DNA of 64,000 nucleotides from Lama glama (taxonomy: Eukaryota), in NCBI GenBank assembly GCA_028534125.1, contig CM052817.1, forward strand, positions 85,438,001-85,502,000. The letters run 5' to 3'. The position numbers were made by a program, and so were the translations under genes. This document shows, piece by piece, positions 13,695 to 26,457 of the stretch (positions are counted from its first letter, which is position 1; every line of letters starts with the position of its first letter). Under the pieces are notes generated by a model. The model did no database searches and had not been told where the DNA came from. It saw only the letters and a list, made by a program, of their open reading frames with translations.

Positions 13695-14181
13695 TAAATG
13701 GGTATTCATTTCCCTGTTGACATGCAACACCATATTTGAAAAATTTTATGTTCTCCCCTGTATCACAGGGGTCTGAAGCCTGTGAACTCTATTGCCTAGA
13801 ATTCCTTTTTATCTCTGTTTTAGTGTAAACTCCTCAAATGAGAGGCATGCATGTCAGATATGAAAGGCAGAACAGAGTTGTTCCACAGATAGAAAAGTCA
13901 AATCTGTGTGCAAAATTCAGCACATTTTGTGGTTTTGTGATGGCTTCTGAGAACTCCTCAAGGAATTTCCTACCTCTGGGTTAAAGGCAACTGTGACCAT
14001 TGGCCAAAAGTTCTCTGAAATGTTGGAACTAGTAGTAAGAAATAACGAGGTTCAACATTTTTGACCTTCTCCCTTCTAATATTTTCAGCTGTTTTGTAAA
14101 CACCTAATTCCCTCCATTCAGTATTTTTCTGATTGAAATATTGGACTGGTTGCTGATTACTAGGTGTAATTCTGACTGATA
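13695..14181 (+). mobile_element. ERVL LTR (LTR50/LTR33-like)
   Basis: 'tgtatcacaggggtctgaagcctgtgaactc...aatgagaggcatg' and 3' end 'ttgtaaacacctaattccct...tctgactgata'. Confidence 0.65.
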
Positions 14182-16110
14182 GAAGTGGTTCTAGGAAACA
14201 TATCTGCAAAAACAGAAATCTGGTATTTGCCATTGTCTTGGTTGATTTTGAAGGCAGTGATTATCACATTAGCAGAGTAAAATTGATTATTAGTTCATAT
14301 AATTCAGTGAAAATTAGACACATGAATTATGATATGTATTTGCCTGGAATGGGGTATTTATTTAGAGCCAGGGTATGGGTGATCAAGTGGCTGCTGAAAT
14401 GGAATATTACCACAGATATAATGATTCCTATGATTAAGAGGAGGACTCTCTTTTTGTACTGCACATAAGAAGGCTTACATAGAATATATAGCATGTTCTG
14501 AGCTATATATACACATCTCAAAGCATGCCTGGAAAAGACAAAGCTTTCGGGTTTGCCTTAACAATATTTTTATTATTTTTAACCTAAGGACTGATTTACC
14601 CTACTAAGACACATTTGATTTTTCAGACTGCAAAATTACAACTCAATTTGAATTTATAGCTTAGTCTCTTGTTTAGATATTATTGTATTGATAAAGAGTG
14701 GCTTTATGGATTCAGATAAATCCAAGTTTAAAATGCCAAATTCCGTGAACTGTATCTTCTTAGCATAAATAACCATCACTCTCTGAGGAAGATAGAAGTC
14801 CTTTAGGTAAAGTTCCTTTAATGAATTTAATCTAGACGATAACCTTTATTTGGATGTTGATTCTAATGAAAAATAACCACACTACCATTTATGTATCCAG
14901 ACCTAAAACTAGAGTAGATGTTGTCATTTTCCAGGATAACGAGTACAACATCTGAATAGGGAGGGAGTAGTTAATACATACAGAAACCTGAGGGAAATGG
15001 ATGGAGATGGCTTCTAAGACCACGTAGGAAAAACTGTCAAGCCAAGTGTACCAATATGAGGAAGTTTATGTTTTAATTTGCAAATCTGAGATTGACTCTT
15101 TCAATTTACATAGCTGGTTGGCTGCTTTCTGACTCAACTGTAGCCCACATTAAATAAAATCCGAACACCAGAACTTTCTTGGTATAATGTAGAAATAGAA
15201 ATCCAAACGGTTATGAAGATAGAATTTTTGGAATAAATTTTTCTTTGGTAATTTTTATACTTACCTCCTTATTATGAATCCTTGTCCTCAGGAAGTGGTG
15301 AGGTAAACACCCATAATCAAGGAGTGGAAAAATCCATTGATAAGATAGATGCCAGCATTCTTACAGAATTCTGTAGCAGATGTCTTCTACAGCCTGGAAG
15401 AAGTCACCATTAAAATGAGTCTCCCTAAAGTCACGATAATGACGAGATCACAGAACAGCAGTAGACAAATGTCTGTTCTTAAACACCTGAGCCACGTGAA
15501 CATGCTACTCAAAAGGTCTCTGGAGCCTAAATGAAAATAAGAATGGCTCAATGGTAGGAATTTTTGTGATGTCCAGGTACTGAAATATATTGGCATCTTC
15601 CTAAGGTCTTAATAGATTTTTATAATTTAAAATGAACAAACAAAACAGAACAAAAATGAATAAAACACTCTACATCTGTTGGTCATCCTGTATTTCCCCA
15701 CAACAGAGTGTTACTGCTTCTCTGATTTTCCAGGCCTCAGTCAAGAATCAGATGCAGAGCCCCTTGACTCTAAAACATAGCTATGAAATAAGTACTGTAG
15801 GGATATATTTCCTTTCCAAAAGGATCCTCCAGTTCATTATCATGATGGATACATGCTATGGAAAGGAAAGCACACAGAGTTTTCAGGAATTACTGAATAC
15901 CATCTCTGAAGTGACACTGATAATTTGGGCCCCAGTTATCACTGTGCATTGAATAAAAAAGACTAGAATCAACAAATGCATGCTCAAAAACCCTTTAGTG
16001 CTCACACCTCAGATGATGACTTTTGTTGGAATACTAATTTGCATCAAGATCTGCCTACACTGGTCTTCATGCTGTAAAAAGGCAGTGTGGGTGAATATTT
16101 GGGAGGGGAA
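14182..16110 (+). mobile_element. ERVL internal fossil (leader, gag and protease remnants), interrupted around 14530-15280
   Basis: Leader 'agaagtggttctaggaaaca' directly follows the LTR. ORF 15632-15952 ends 'GKESTQSFQELLNTISEVTLI', similar to ERVL protease 'GKGNNQTFRGLLDTGSELTLI'. ORF 15349-15534 'QNSSRQMSVLKH' resembles ERVL gag 'RGQVAALNHQ'. Confidence 0.7.
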
Positions 16111-16111
16111 A

Positions 16112-16166
16112 TTATATTTATATTTATATATATATATATATATAATATATATATACACACACACAC
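16112..16166 (+). repeat. (TA)n(CA)n microsatellite
   Basis: Directly visible. Confidence 0.85.
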
Positions 16167-16611
16167 AAAATAGTTTATATAATTGATTTTTTAAAAATAT
16201 GTTGAGATAAACAAAAGATGAAAGGATAAGAGGGAAATAGAGAAGCAGAGAAGATGTTAAAAAATTAAAATATTATATAAATCATTTTGCTCAATCAGTA
16301 TAAAGAAATATGAAAAACTTGGGCAAATTGGAAATTTTTCTGGGAAAACATAATTTAGCAAAACAGAAAAAATGGCCTGTGTAAGATTTATTAAAAAATA
16401 CATTGTGTAAGATTCCTTTAAAAACATACAATGCATAAGAAATAAACCATTTCATAGACGACATTTCCTTAAGAGAAGCTCATTTAAATACTACTTTGTT
16501 TCAAGCAGTGAAATGAAAAATAGCTCATTTTTAAAATGCAAGTGTATTTTTGAAACTCAAACCTGCCAAACATTACCCAAGTAAATACAATTACAGTCTT
16601 GATTATGAATA

Positions 16612-17151
16612 CTGTAGGGACTTCTCAAGATATTTCTACTGAAAAACTGTGACTGTGACGTTATTTTTAACAAAGAACCTTTGTAATGTAATTCAGTTAA
16701 GAATCTTGAAATGAAATCATCTTGGATTATCTGAGTGGTCCCTAAATCTTCATAAGGCAAAGGAAGAGGGATATTTGAGATACAGAGGTGAAGACCACGT
16801 GCAGAGAAAGGCAGAGATTGAAGTTATACAGCTACAACCTCAGGAACACCTGGAGCCACCAGAAGCTGAAAGAGGCAAGGAACAGAATCACCCCTTGGTC
16901 TCTGGAAGGAGTGTGGCCAGGCGAACACCTTATTTTAGAATCTGGCCTCCAGAATTGTGAAAGGATACACTTATGTTATTTGAAGCCACCCAGTTTATAA
17001 GGATTTGTTTTTTGTTTTGTTTGTTTTGTTTTTAATGGAAATACTGGGGATCGAACCCAGGACCTTGTGCGTGCTAAGCATGCGCTGTACCACTGAGCTG
17101 TACTCCCACCCCCACGTAAGGATTTATTATAATAGTTTTAGGTAACTAATA
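16612..17151 (+). mobile_element. MaLR solo LTR (MLT1B/C-like)
   Basis: 'gcagagattgaagttatacagctaca...gagccaccagaagctgaaagaggcaagg...tctggcctccagaattgtga...aagccacccagttt'. Confidence 0.9.
17007..17116 (-). mobile_element. Camelid vic-1-type tRNA-Ala-derived SINE
   Basis: Reverse complement reads gggagtacagctcagtggtacagcgcatgcttagcacgcacaaggtcctgggttcgatccccagtatttccattaaaaacaaaac... (A box, B box, A-rich tail). TSD taaggattt at 16998-17006 and 17117-17125. Confidence 0.9.
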
Positions 17152-17329
17152 TGGGTATTGATGCAGATATTCTAAGTAAAATATTAACTGCAAATTCATT
17201 ACTTACTTAAAAAGATAATTCATCATAACCAAGTAGTATTTGTTATATGAAATCAAGGATGGTTAACTATTAAAATATATTTATATAGTCAATATTTTCA
17301 TATTTCTAAAAATACGTATCAGTAACAAT

Positions 17330-17565
17330 AAACAGAACAATAAACAGAAACATGAACACAGTACTTACCGTGTACTTGGCTCAATTGGAGCACTTTACAG
17401 TTAATCATCATAACAGCCTTATGAGATAGATCCATGTAAGTCCTATTTTATAAAAGAAAACTGAAACTAAAGTAAAGCAAGGGTTAAGCAGATTTACAAA
17501 GATGCGTATCCAGTAGTTGGTGAGGTTGAATTTTGAATCTGTGGCTGGCTTCAGAGTCCTTATAT
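17330..17565 (-). mobile_element. MIR SINE
   Basis: 'gtacttaccgtgtacttggc...cactttacag...cctattttataaaagaaaactga...tttgaatctgtggctggcttcagagtcc'. Confidence 0.75.
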
Positions 17566-20099
17566 TGTAAAACAACAGTATGATCATCTCCATGGATGCT
17601 GACCAAATTAAGTAAATGATCTTGCTTAAAAATGTAATTATCAAGATTAGATGCATGTTACTTAATGAGAAAAAGATACTGATTTCAGCCCCCAAATCAG
17701 AGCAGTCTTTAAAACTGGAATACCAAGGTCCCTTCCTATTAATGTTAGAAGAAGTAAAACAAGGACACCCACTATTCCTAATATTAACATATTATCATTA
17801 TACTGGATGCGCTAAAAACACAATAAGGCAAGATAAAGATAGAGAAATGTGAGATATACCAATTTTCTGATATATATGTATATATGAATGAAGGGGGCAG
17901 GAAATGTTTCTGCCTAATTCCCATTTCATTCTCGCCCTTACCACATAAAATCAATACAAGAAGAACATTGCACAAGTGCAAAGTGTTTGCACTGTTGTAA
18001 TTACAAGAGTGAGATGAGCCATGAACACAGTTTTAGGTTTTAAGTATGACTAAATGGATTATATAATATAAATGAGACTGCATTGGCCAGACCTTTCTCC
18101 TGGTTGCCATGGAAATGAGACACTCTCTTCATGTCAGTAAAATTATGGTTAAAATTATCATGTGACAATGAGTAAGAAACGGTCAGGGATCAAAAATAGA
18201 TGATTTAATTCCACTTGGGGGAGAAGAAATGGGAAGGCATTTGGAGGTATTTATGAAATGGAATGAAAGATTGAATCAGAAGAAAATGTTGGGATTTGAA
18301 TAAGTGAGTTAAGTAAAGAAGAAAAATAAATTGTTTAGTCTCTGCGTTAAATACTATGGAAATAGGTTGAGCTAGAATGCTCTGGAGTTTTGTGCGTTCT
18401 GCAAACCAACCATGGAGCCACAGAATTTGGTTGCGGCGAGTAGGCATAAACAAGTGTGTGTAGGTGCACGTTGCCTCTCCTTCCCTGAATGACACAATTA
18501 CCTGATAGAAGTAAGCTCTAAAGCAAAGGAGGCAGGTGAGAAAAATGTGTTACCTGCTCACAACCTGACTGAGTCCTCCACATACATGCAGACCTCTCCT
18601 CATTACTCACTTATCCACTGATAGTGGAAAGTGAAGGGGGATGTCAGCTATTCTCAGTCTAAAAGTTGGTCCTGACCTGGAGAGAAGATGTAGTCCCTTG
18701 TAGCAGTTTATCTCAGGCTACTAATTTTGCCAGGTTGCTGGGTTGTTATTTTGTTCAGCTTATCATAATTGAGAGAAGATGATCATCACTAGACTGGTGC
18801 ATTCTAAGATAAACACATAACATAAAAAAGTCCCAGATTATTTTATTTTCTTCATATCTTAAGTGCAATAGTAAAAATAAGCTAATTGGAAGGTTAAAAT
18901 GGAGTTATATTAAAAATTAAATAGCTTTTAATTAGAAAGCAAAAGTTTTGTGTATTTTAGTGTGATGTTGTTTCTTACGAGGTTATTTCCTCAGACTTCA
19001 GTCTGTGTGCCATTGATACTCTCCTAGGTTGGTAAAGAATCGTTGTGTCTGTAATAGAGAGGTTTTTTTTTTTTTTAATCAGAAACACAAAAATAGTTTG
19101 CCCAATTTCAGCATGAAAGGAGTTTTCCATTGAGACATTCAATTTCAATTGAATTTTTCCTGATTTATTTCTAGAGAAACCAGTGGCATTCTGTAAGCAT
19201 CCAATTTAATAGGGAGAACAGGGAAACTGAACATATACAATATTTATTGTAGCTTAAGTTACAATAGCAGACACTGTTGCTTCTTTACTCTTCTGAATAT
19301 TTAGGCAATGAAATCAAATATGTTGTTGTGGTAGCCTATGATATCATAAGTGGATTCTGAATGATTAATCTTCATTGTACAACCTGATTATCATAACATG
19401 ACCCCATATTGTATATGCATGTGGTGCCTTCTCTCAAATTCCAATTAGGCAGAAAAGGAAGCATGTAATTGATGATTTGGATTATATGAACAATGTAGAA
19501 TTGTGTTAAATAATAAGCAATATGCAACATAGAATTCTTTTAAATAATGCACAATTACTGGAAGACAATTTTTGCATTTTTCATGACATATATTAAAAGA
19601 TCAAGCTTTTTATTGTGTTATTCATTAATTCAGAAGACTTGAAAGAAATCCTGGATTTTATATAGAGAATTCTTTAATGGAAAGTTTGTCATTTACTTAT
19701 AATTAACTCACATTTTCATAATATATTAAAACAACATTGATATCCTTAAGCCTGTGGGGGTATAAAACATCTACTTCACTATTTAGTTTGTGCGTATATT
19801 ATAGTACTATATCTTGTGTTTATTCTTATTATTGCAATATGGATGAAGGTATCTTAGATTTTGTAAAGGCCACTCAAATTAGTAGAAGCTGCTGTTCATG
19901 TATAAGGGAAAAAAGTTTACATGAAAGCAGTAAATAAGTGATTTCTGTCACTGGCACAATCTTTGGAAAATAAAATTTAGGTTATGTATTATTACATATA
20001 GATAAGTAGATGAGGAGATAAATTTATTTTACTGATAATACTAATAATTTTACTAATCATCTGTATTTTGAAAGGCAGTGTGATAGAGCTATTGGATTG

Positions 20100-20610
20100 C
20101 TTTATTAATTCATTCAAAATATGTATCTGTGTCAACTTTGTGTTCAGACTCAGGTAGGTGCTGGGAATACAATGATATTTAAACATGTGTCCTTGTAGAG
20201 AAAATGCAAAACTAAAATATCAATTATAATCAACTGAATAAGTACAAAGATAAGATACATTCGGGGCATATAGCATTGGAGGAAGATTATTTCTAATGTA
20301 TAGAGAGGGAGAAGTTGAGGCATAATTATTGAAATTATGGAAAAAAGATTGGAACTTCTTGTACCAGTGTCAAATATTGTAAATGTTTTAAACACTTGTC
20401 TAATAATATATTTGCATTCAGAAAGATCATTGTGTATGAAGTGGCCACAGTGGGTCAAAGAGGGACAAGACTCATGACAGAGAAACCATTTAGGGGGTTC
20501 TGCAGTAATTCATTCAGCATATACGCATTCTGTGCCTTCGTTGTGTTTGACACTGTTCTTAGTGCTGGGCATAGAGTAGAGTACAGGTATAGTACATTCC
20601 CCCAGAAGCT
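20100..20610 (-). mobile_element. L2 3' fragments (two tails)
   Basis: 'attcattcaaaatatgtatctg...gtgctgggaatacaatga' and 'ttcattcagcatat...cactgttcttagtgctgggcata'. Confidence 0.65.
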
Positions 20611-21566
20611 GCATCAGCACAACAAACTTTAAGCAAAAATGAAGACATGAATATATATGGCTGGGTTGTATCACTAGTAGTAACCAAATAATATCCCTGA
20701 TGTTCCCCCACCTCTTACACTTGTAACACATCGTGTTTTCCCTCCATGTGCCCACACTAGACCGTGGAAAACATGGTCAGAACTAATTGCAAAGTTTAAG
20801 ACCACAAAACCAGCTTTTGTTTGGTTGTTTGTTTTTGCCTCAGAGAGACTAGATAAATCAAGGTCTGGAGAACAAGAAGGAAGAAGAAAGAGAATCAAAT
20901 AAAAACAAAAGTAAAAGGGAGATAACCTATAAGAACCTATATTTAAGAAGCATAGTGCAAAAGACCAATAGGCCAAACATACTGTTCTCCAGTGTGTCTG
21001 CAGTTCTTCCTCATCAATGATGTAACATATCACCTATGAATAACCTTCCATGGGGCAGTACTGGGAACTTTTAGATCTCTATGAACAGAGGGTAACAACT
21101 TAAAAACTGTATGTGAAGTTGCTGGACAATAATATCCTCAGACCAAAATGTTCCAAGCATGAACCTGTAGATTTTCTGATGAGTGTATAACGCTGGCATA
21201 TACTCTGTTGCTTTTAGTTAAATACCTAGTTTAAAAGAATAGGTAAAAGCACTATAAAGGAAAAGGACAGAATAATTGGAAAGATAATATGACAGGTTAA
21301 TCATGTATATTGGAGAGTCAAGAAATGGTAGATGAATAAATGGTAAAAGAATAGGTGACATTTAGAATGAAGAGATTTTGAGGCAAAAGGCACGTTATGA
21401 GGAACCTTACTGATATTAAAAACATTTAGTAGGTTCAAGAAACTGAAATAAGGTTGATGGGGCTAGTGGTGAGTCGGAGGAAGAAACAAATGAAGATTTC
21501 AGAATACACAGTGTAAGGGTCGAATTCAAGAATTGGAATTTTACCCTAAGTGCAATGATCAAGAAT

Positions 21567-22011
21567 TGTGAAGAGTCTGAGATACATCCTTCTCTTGAAC
21601 TAACAAGTGAGCCTACTATGGTTGAATGGAAACTGAGAGAACATATGAAGCCCCTGAATCTGACAGGCAGCATTTGTGTAATGTTTCCTTGCCTCCCAAG
21701 CCCCATGGGGCCATACAAAGGCAGGATCAGGTAGATCTGCCCACTTAGTGGGGTTTGTGTCACAGATAAGGATCCCCCAGTTTAGGAAACTCCACTTTTC
21801 TAAAAGGGGTTGCTTACAAGCCTGACTCCCCTTTTCTGTAGTCGTCATCTCTTTCATCCTGGGCAGAAAATAAATCTTCCCTGTCCTCCAGAGGAAGACC
21901 CTATCTCAGTCTTCCTAGGCAATTTGCTATATACACATCCTTGAAAAGATAATCAGGAACAAAAGATAGTAGAAGACCTGCAGAAATATCATGGAGAACT
22001 GTCTCTTGACA
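21567..22011 (-). mobile_element. ERV1 solo LTR (MER89/MER90/MER110-like) inserted in L2
   Basis: Termini 'tgtgaagagtctgagat...ctaacaagtgagcct' and 'catccttgaaaagata...atggagaactgtctcttgaca'. Confidence 0.75.
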
Positions 22012-22304
22012 CATTGCAAGCTATTTTAATTAGGTCAGTTATGGGACTATATATATATATTTTTTTTTTAAGTGAGCACTTGGTGTCCTGTGTGAAAGTA
22101 TTATATTGTTCGGGATAAAAGTATTGATGAAGAGATTGGTTTGGAGGCTACTGAACCCCATGTGAGTAATGATTGTGACTATTGCATTTAACCTAGAAGG
22201 TGATGGTGGTTTATCAGGGTGAGTAGCAGTGAGGATTTAGCATTAATGAGACCAGATATATGTTACTGATATGGAGAACTTGGAGACGATAGTAAATCTA
22301 ACCA

Positions 22305-22636
22305 AGAAAAGCAAACTTATAGTTACCAGATAGGAAAGGGAGTAGAGGGATAAATTGGGAGTTTGAGATTTGCAGATACTAACTACTACATACAAAACAG
22401 ATAAAACAAAAAGGTCCTACTGTATAACACAGGGGGATTACTGATTACATTCAATATCTTGTAATAGCTTATAATGAAAAATATGAAAAGCTATATATAT
22501 ATATACTGCCCACACAATGGGGTTTGTGTCACAGCTAAGGAGATATATATATATATATATATATATATTACTATGCTGTACACCAGAAATTAACACAACA
22601 TTGTAAATCAACTATATACTTCAATAAAAAAAGAAA
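22305..22636 (+). mobile_element. Camelid-type L1 3' UTR fragment with internal (TA)n
   Basis: 'gagggataaattgggagtttgagatttgcagatactaac...ctatgctgtacaccagaaattaacacaacattgtaaatcaactatatacttcaataaaaaaag'. Confidence 0.9.
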
Positions 22637-25600
22637 GGCATTACAAGGACAAAGATATATTTGAAAGGGATTGGATGTGGGGAATTGACTCATGAATTCC
22701 ACTTTTTATAATAAAATAATCAAAAAATCTTACACATATACTTTTTCTAAATGTCACTGTGCATATGAAGAAACACATATAGTCATCCTGTCTTCAATTA
22801 GACCGATTTTTTACTTAAAAATCATCCTGCTTGACTAAGAATTATCATCTGATTAAAACTCCCAAATAATCAAATGCTCTTTTCAAAGTTTCCTTTTTAT
22901 GCCTTTACTTGTAATAGATAATCTTTAAAACTGTGTAGCTGATTTAAAATTTTAAATGGGGAAATAGAACAATGAAGAAATAACTCAAATAAGCAATAAT
23001 TTTATTTGAAAGAGAGTGTTTATAGAGATTACAGAAGTTACAATTTCCAAAAATCTGGATCTATATCCTATTAAGATTACATTCTACATTAGTAGAAATT
23101 AAAGTATATTTTTTAAAATTCAAAAATATGCCATGAGCTCTTCTTTAGTGTTTACCTAGATAGGGAAAATTTTGTCCATAATTCTAATTACCCGATTAAA
23201 CAGTTTAAGCCAACTAAGTCCCAGTATCCCTGAAAGTGTGGAATTAAACCATGTCAGAACCTTTAAGATAATTTTTACATTAGACTGGTGAGCTTGTCAC
23301 ATTCTATAATGTAGCCAGAATAAATTGTATATTATCATCTAATGGGGAAAAAAGAAGAAAGTTTAAAATAGAATAGTCTCTCGTTATTCTTGTATTTCCT
23401 TGACTCTTGTTCCTCTAGGACATCTGAAGATATTTTGTTTCATTGTACTCTAAGTAGCTCATGAATATTTCAGTTCCAAATGGCTGAATGTTCTTTTTAC
23501 TAGTCCATTTGAATTGCAGCACAAATATGTTTTTTATGTATGTTGCTGGGAGACTCAGTGATTTAGGGAGTTTTACTTTTTTTTTTTAACAATGAAACAA
23601 TAGACTGTATAGGGACTATAACAGTCCTGTTTATTTAAGATTGCAGTAGAATGGAAATATCACATTTTTAATGTTTAATAATGAAATAGCCCTTTTATTT
23701 TAAAAATCATATGGAATAATAGTTTTCAAATGTTCAAAGCATTAGTGCACATGAAAAGAGTTTTGAATTAGATCATTCTTTACTTCCTTCTATGAGAGAT
23801 TTCCTTTGTGTGTCTTCACACAAGTCTTTTCAAAGGGCTGAAAGGCATATGAAGTGTTCCCTCATTATTGCACTCACTTGGACTTTTGTGTGAAGTAGAT
23901 CACAAATAGAGATGACTTCAAATCCCTTGCTCTACGAATATGAAAAAAAATTGATCTTCCTGAAAATAATTTATTCAATATTTATAGCACTTTTTGTACA
24001 CAAATCCTGATTCTCATATCTCTTTATATAATTAAGATAATCCTTGGTGAATAAGAGAAAGCAGATATTATGTTGTCATGTTAATATGTCCAGCACATTG
24101 TGGAATTAATAAAAAAAATCCTCTAAGGATTTTTACAAACCAATCATCTTGATGTACATTTTAAGCTCAGGTCCAAAATGCATAGCCAAATGCATCTTAA
24201 CTTCTAATGTGTCTTATTTTTAAATATGAAGGAAAAATTAAACACTGAAAAAATTACATCCAAATTTGGATTTATTAAATAATTGAAACTAGTAAAACAT
24301 CACAAGAAATGGAATAAGAAGAATAAATTAAAATATCTGGAAATGAGAAAAAATTTATAAATGATGAAGTTGGCTGTACTGTCAGATTTTCCTCTGAGCA
24401 TAGTAGTACTTTTTATGATTTATTCACATGATCATCCACATGGCATCAAGGTAACATACCCACCAGATACTTAGGGATCATAGAAAATGGTATTATCTTT
24501 TGCTATTTAAAGAAAATAATGTGAAACTTTTAGCCTCCAGCTATAGGATTAAAGGGAAATAACTTTACAGCAGCTATAAAAGTAATTTGGAGTTTAAAAA
24601 TATCATTTCTTTTAAGAATTCAAAGAGTATAAATTGATGATGTATTTTTATGTAACTAATTATATTAGCCAGTTTGTAAGATAACAGTGGTTCCAAAAGA
24701 AAAAAAAATCATTTGGGGAGAAACAAAGAAAAAGAAGCTTGTTGTTGGCTGTATGAGATGCCCCTTAGTACAAAGTTCTTAATTTAGGATTTTGGTCAGA
24801 GAACATGAAAGTCTATTTGGTAGAGACATTATCTACTGATGTCACATATACATGAGGTTTATTATTGTAGGCTATGCTTGTAATATAATCACGAGTTCCT
24901 CCTTTCTCATAGCCTAAGGCTATATATAGCAAATAAACCATTTTGTCTGAGTAACAATACTTGAGAAATGTTAGAGGGACACAATTTTTAAATCTTACAT
25001 AATGTTTAAGTATTCAATAATTGCTCCTTCCAGGACTTTTCATATTTAAATTTAAATTTTCATAAATGATAGAGAAAATACAGTATTGCAAATTTTGATA
25101 CCTAATTAATTTTGCCCACCACTCTTTACAAAACTCAAAACACTAAAGAGGGTAAGAAATAAAAGATATATAATAAGCTGATAACACATCAAGTAAGATC
25201 ATGTCTTCTGTGAGATAAGGAGACTGCAAAAGTGTGTATCTGATAATATTTGCATAAAATTAGAAGACTGTTTTGAGGCACTCAAGAGTTCAAATATTTA
25301 AATATATTGATGTGTAATGAGGTATTAAAATTGTAATGCTGACATAATGGAACAGCAATAAAAATAGTTAAATAAAAGGTATAGAGCCATTTAAGAATTT
25401 ACTAAAGAGTCTTAAGTAAGGATGATGATCTGCTATGCGAGAGAAATGTGAGGTCCAGTTAAAAACTGCATATTATAAATAGGATTATGTAGTATTTTTC
25501 CATGGCAAACACTTGTTATACGATTCTTTTGAATGATTCTTGATTCAGAAAAATAGCTTCTTGTTTTTCCCCAATTTGGTAGCTTCTTTAGTTAGAAAAT

Positions 25601-26426
25601 AGGTTAACCAGTATAATTCAAGTAAATCTTATGTTACTGAGACCAAGTTCCCAGCCACAATTTCCTAGGTGATGATTTTGTAAGCCTTGATGACTAGAAA
25701 TCATCATATCTTGCCACATATATATATCTGCTTAATTAATGAGCAATATTATTTCACCCACCAAAACCCCTTGGCTTAAAAATCATGCAGTGATTTCCAT
25801 CATCTCTGTTGAACAGAATAAAGGACCAGTTTTAATATATGCATGAATAAGCTCACTCTTGCACGGAAAATAAAGATTAAAAGCTTAAACCATAGGTGTG
25901 TAAAAGAGTATCAGTGTACGACTGTTACTGGCAATCACATCAGATGTCTCTGAAGACTGTCCAGGCATGTGTGAAGAAAAGAATTTTATTCTTTCCTCCT
26001 TTCCTTTGCTAGTATCAACATCAAGATACTGATTTTCAGATAATTATGGATTGCATGATGGAAAAAATAGGGATTTTTTTTTTCTAGAAAATGAGATGAA
26101 GGTGCCAACATAGTCTGGAAAATACTGTAACGTGATGTGACTGCTGTCAGGAGTACAACTAGCTGAAATTAAATATACTGGCTACTGCCAAAACTGACAA
26201 AGTGAAAAAAAAAAAAGAATGTAGATGCAAGGTGTATGAGGGCTTTCTAAAGTGTCTGATTTTGTAAATGAGTACATGGCTGCAAGGATGTACTGGTTAT
26301 TAACTTGTGTATCCCAAGCAAATAATAAGCATCTTGTCATAAGAAGATGCCCAGTACCTTATGTTTACAAGTGATTTCAGAGAATACAAATATTTGATCT
26401 TTAAAATAATAACATGTAATTAGCTG

Positions 26427-26427
<1 letters not shown>

Positions 26428-26457
<30 letters not shown>
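26428..26457 (+). repeat. (TTA)n microsatellite
   Basis: Directly visible. Confidence 0.9.

Larger units (their letters stand above)
16260..17852 (+). mobile_element. Old L1 ORF2 (RT region) broken by nested MLT1, SINE and MIR
   Basis: Collinear pieces: 'gatgcagatattctaagtaaaatatta...catcataaccaagtag...caaggatgg' (DAKILNKIL..HHDQV..QGW), 'atgatcatctccatggatgct' (MIISIDA), 'caaggacacccactattc' (QGCPLS), 'ataaggcaagataaa' (IRQEK). Confidence 0.8.

Noticed and set aside
17040..17112. Apparent tRNA-Ala gene
   Set aside because: The A-rich tail, TSD, unpaired acceptor stem and position inside an LTR show it is a SINE.
20983..21033. Possible 51-nt minus-strand exon (VICYIIDEEELQTHWRT)
   Set aside because: Weak polypyrimidine tract and no recognisable homology.
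25420..25550. C-box-like gatgatga suggesting a C/D snoRNA
   Set aside because: No properly placed D box or terminal stem.
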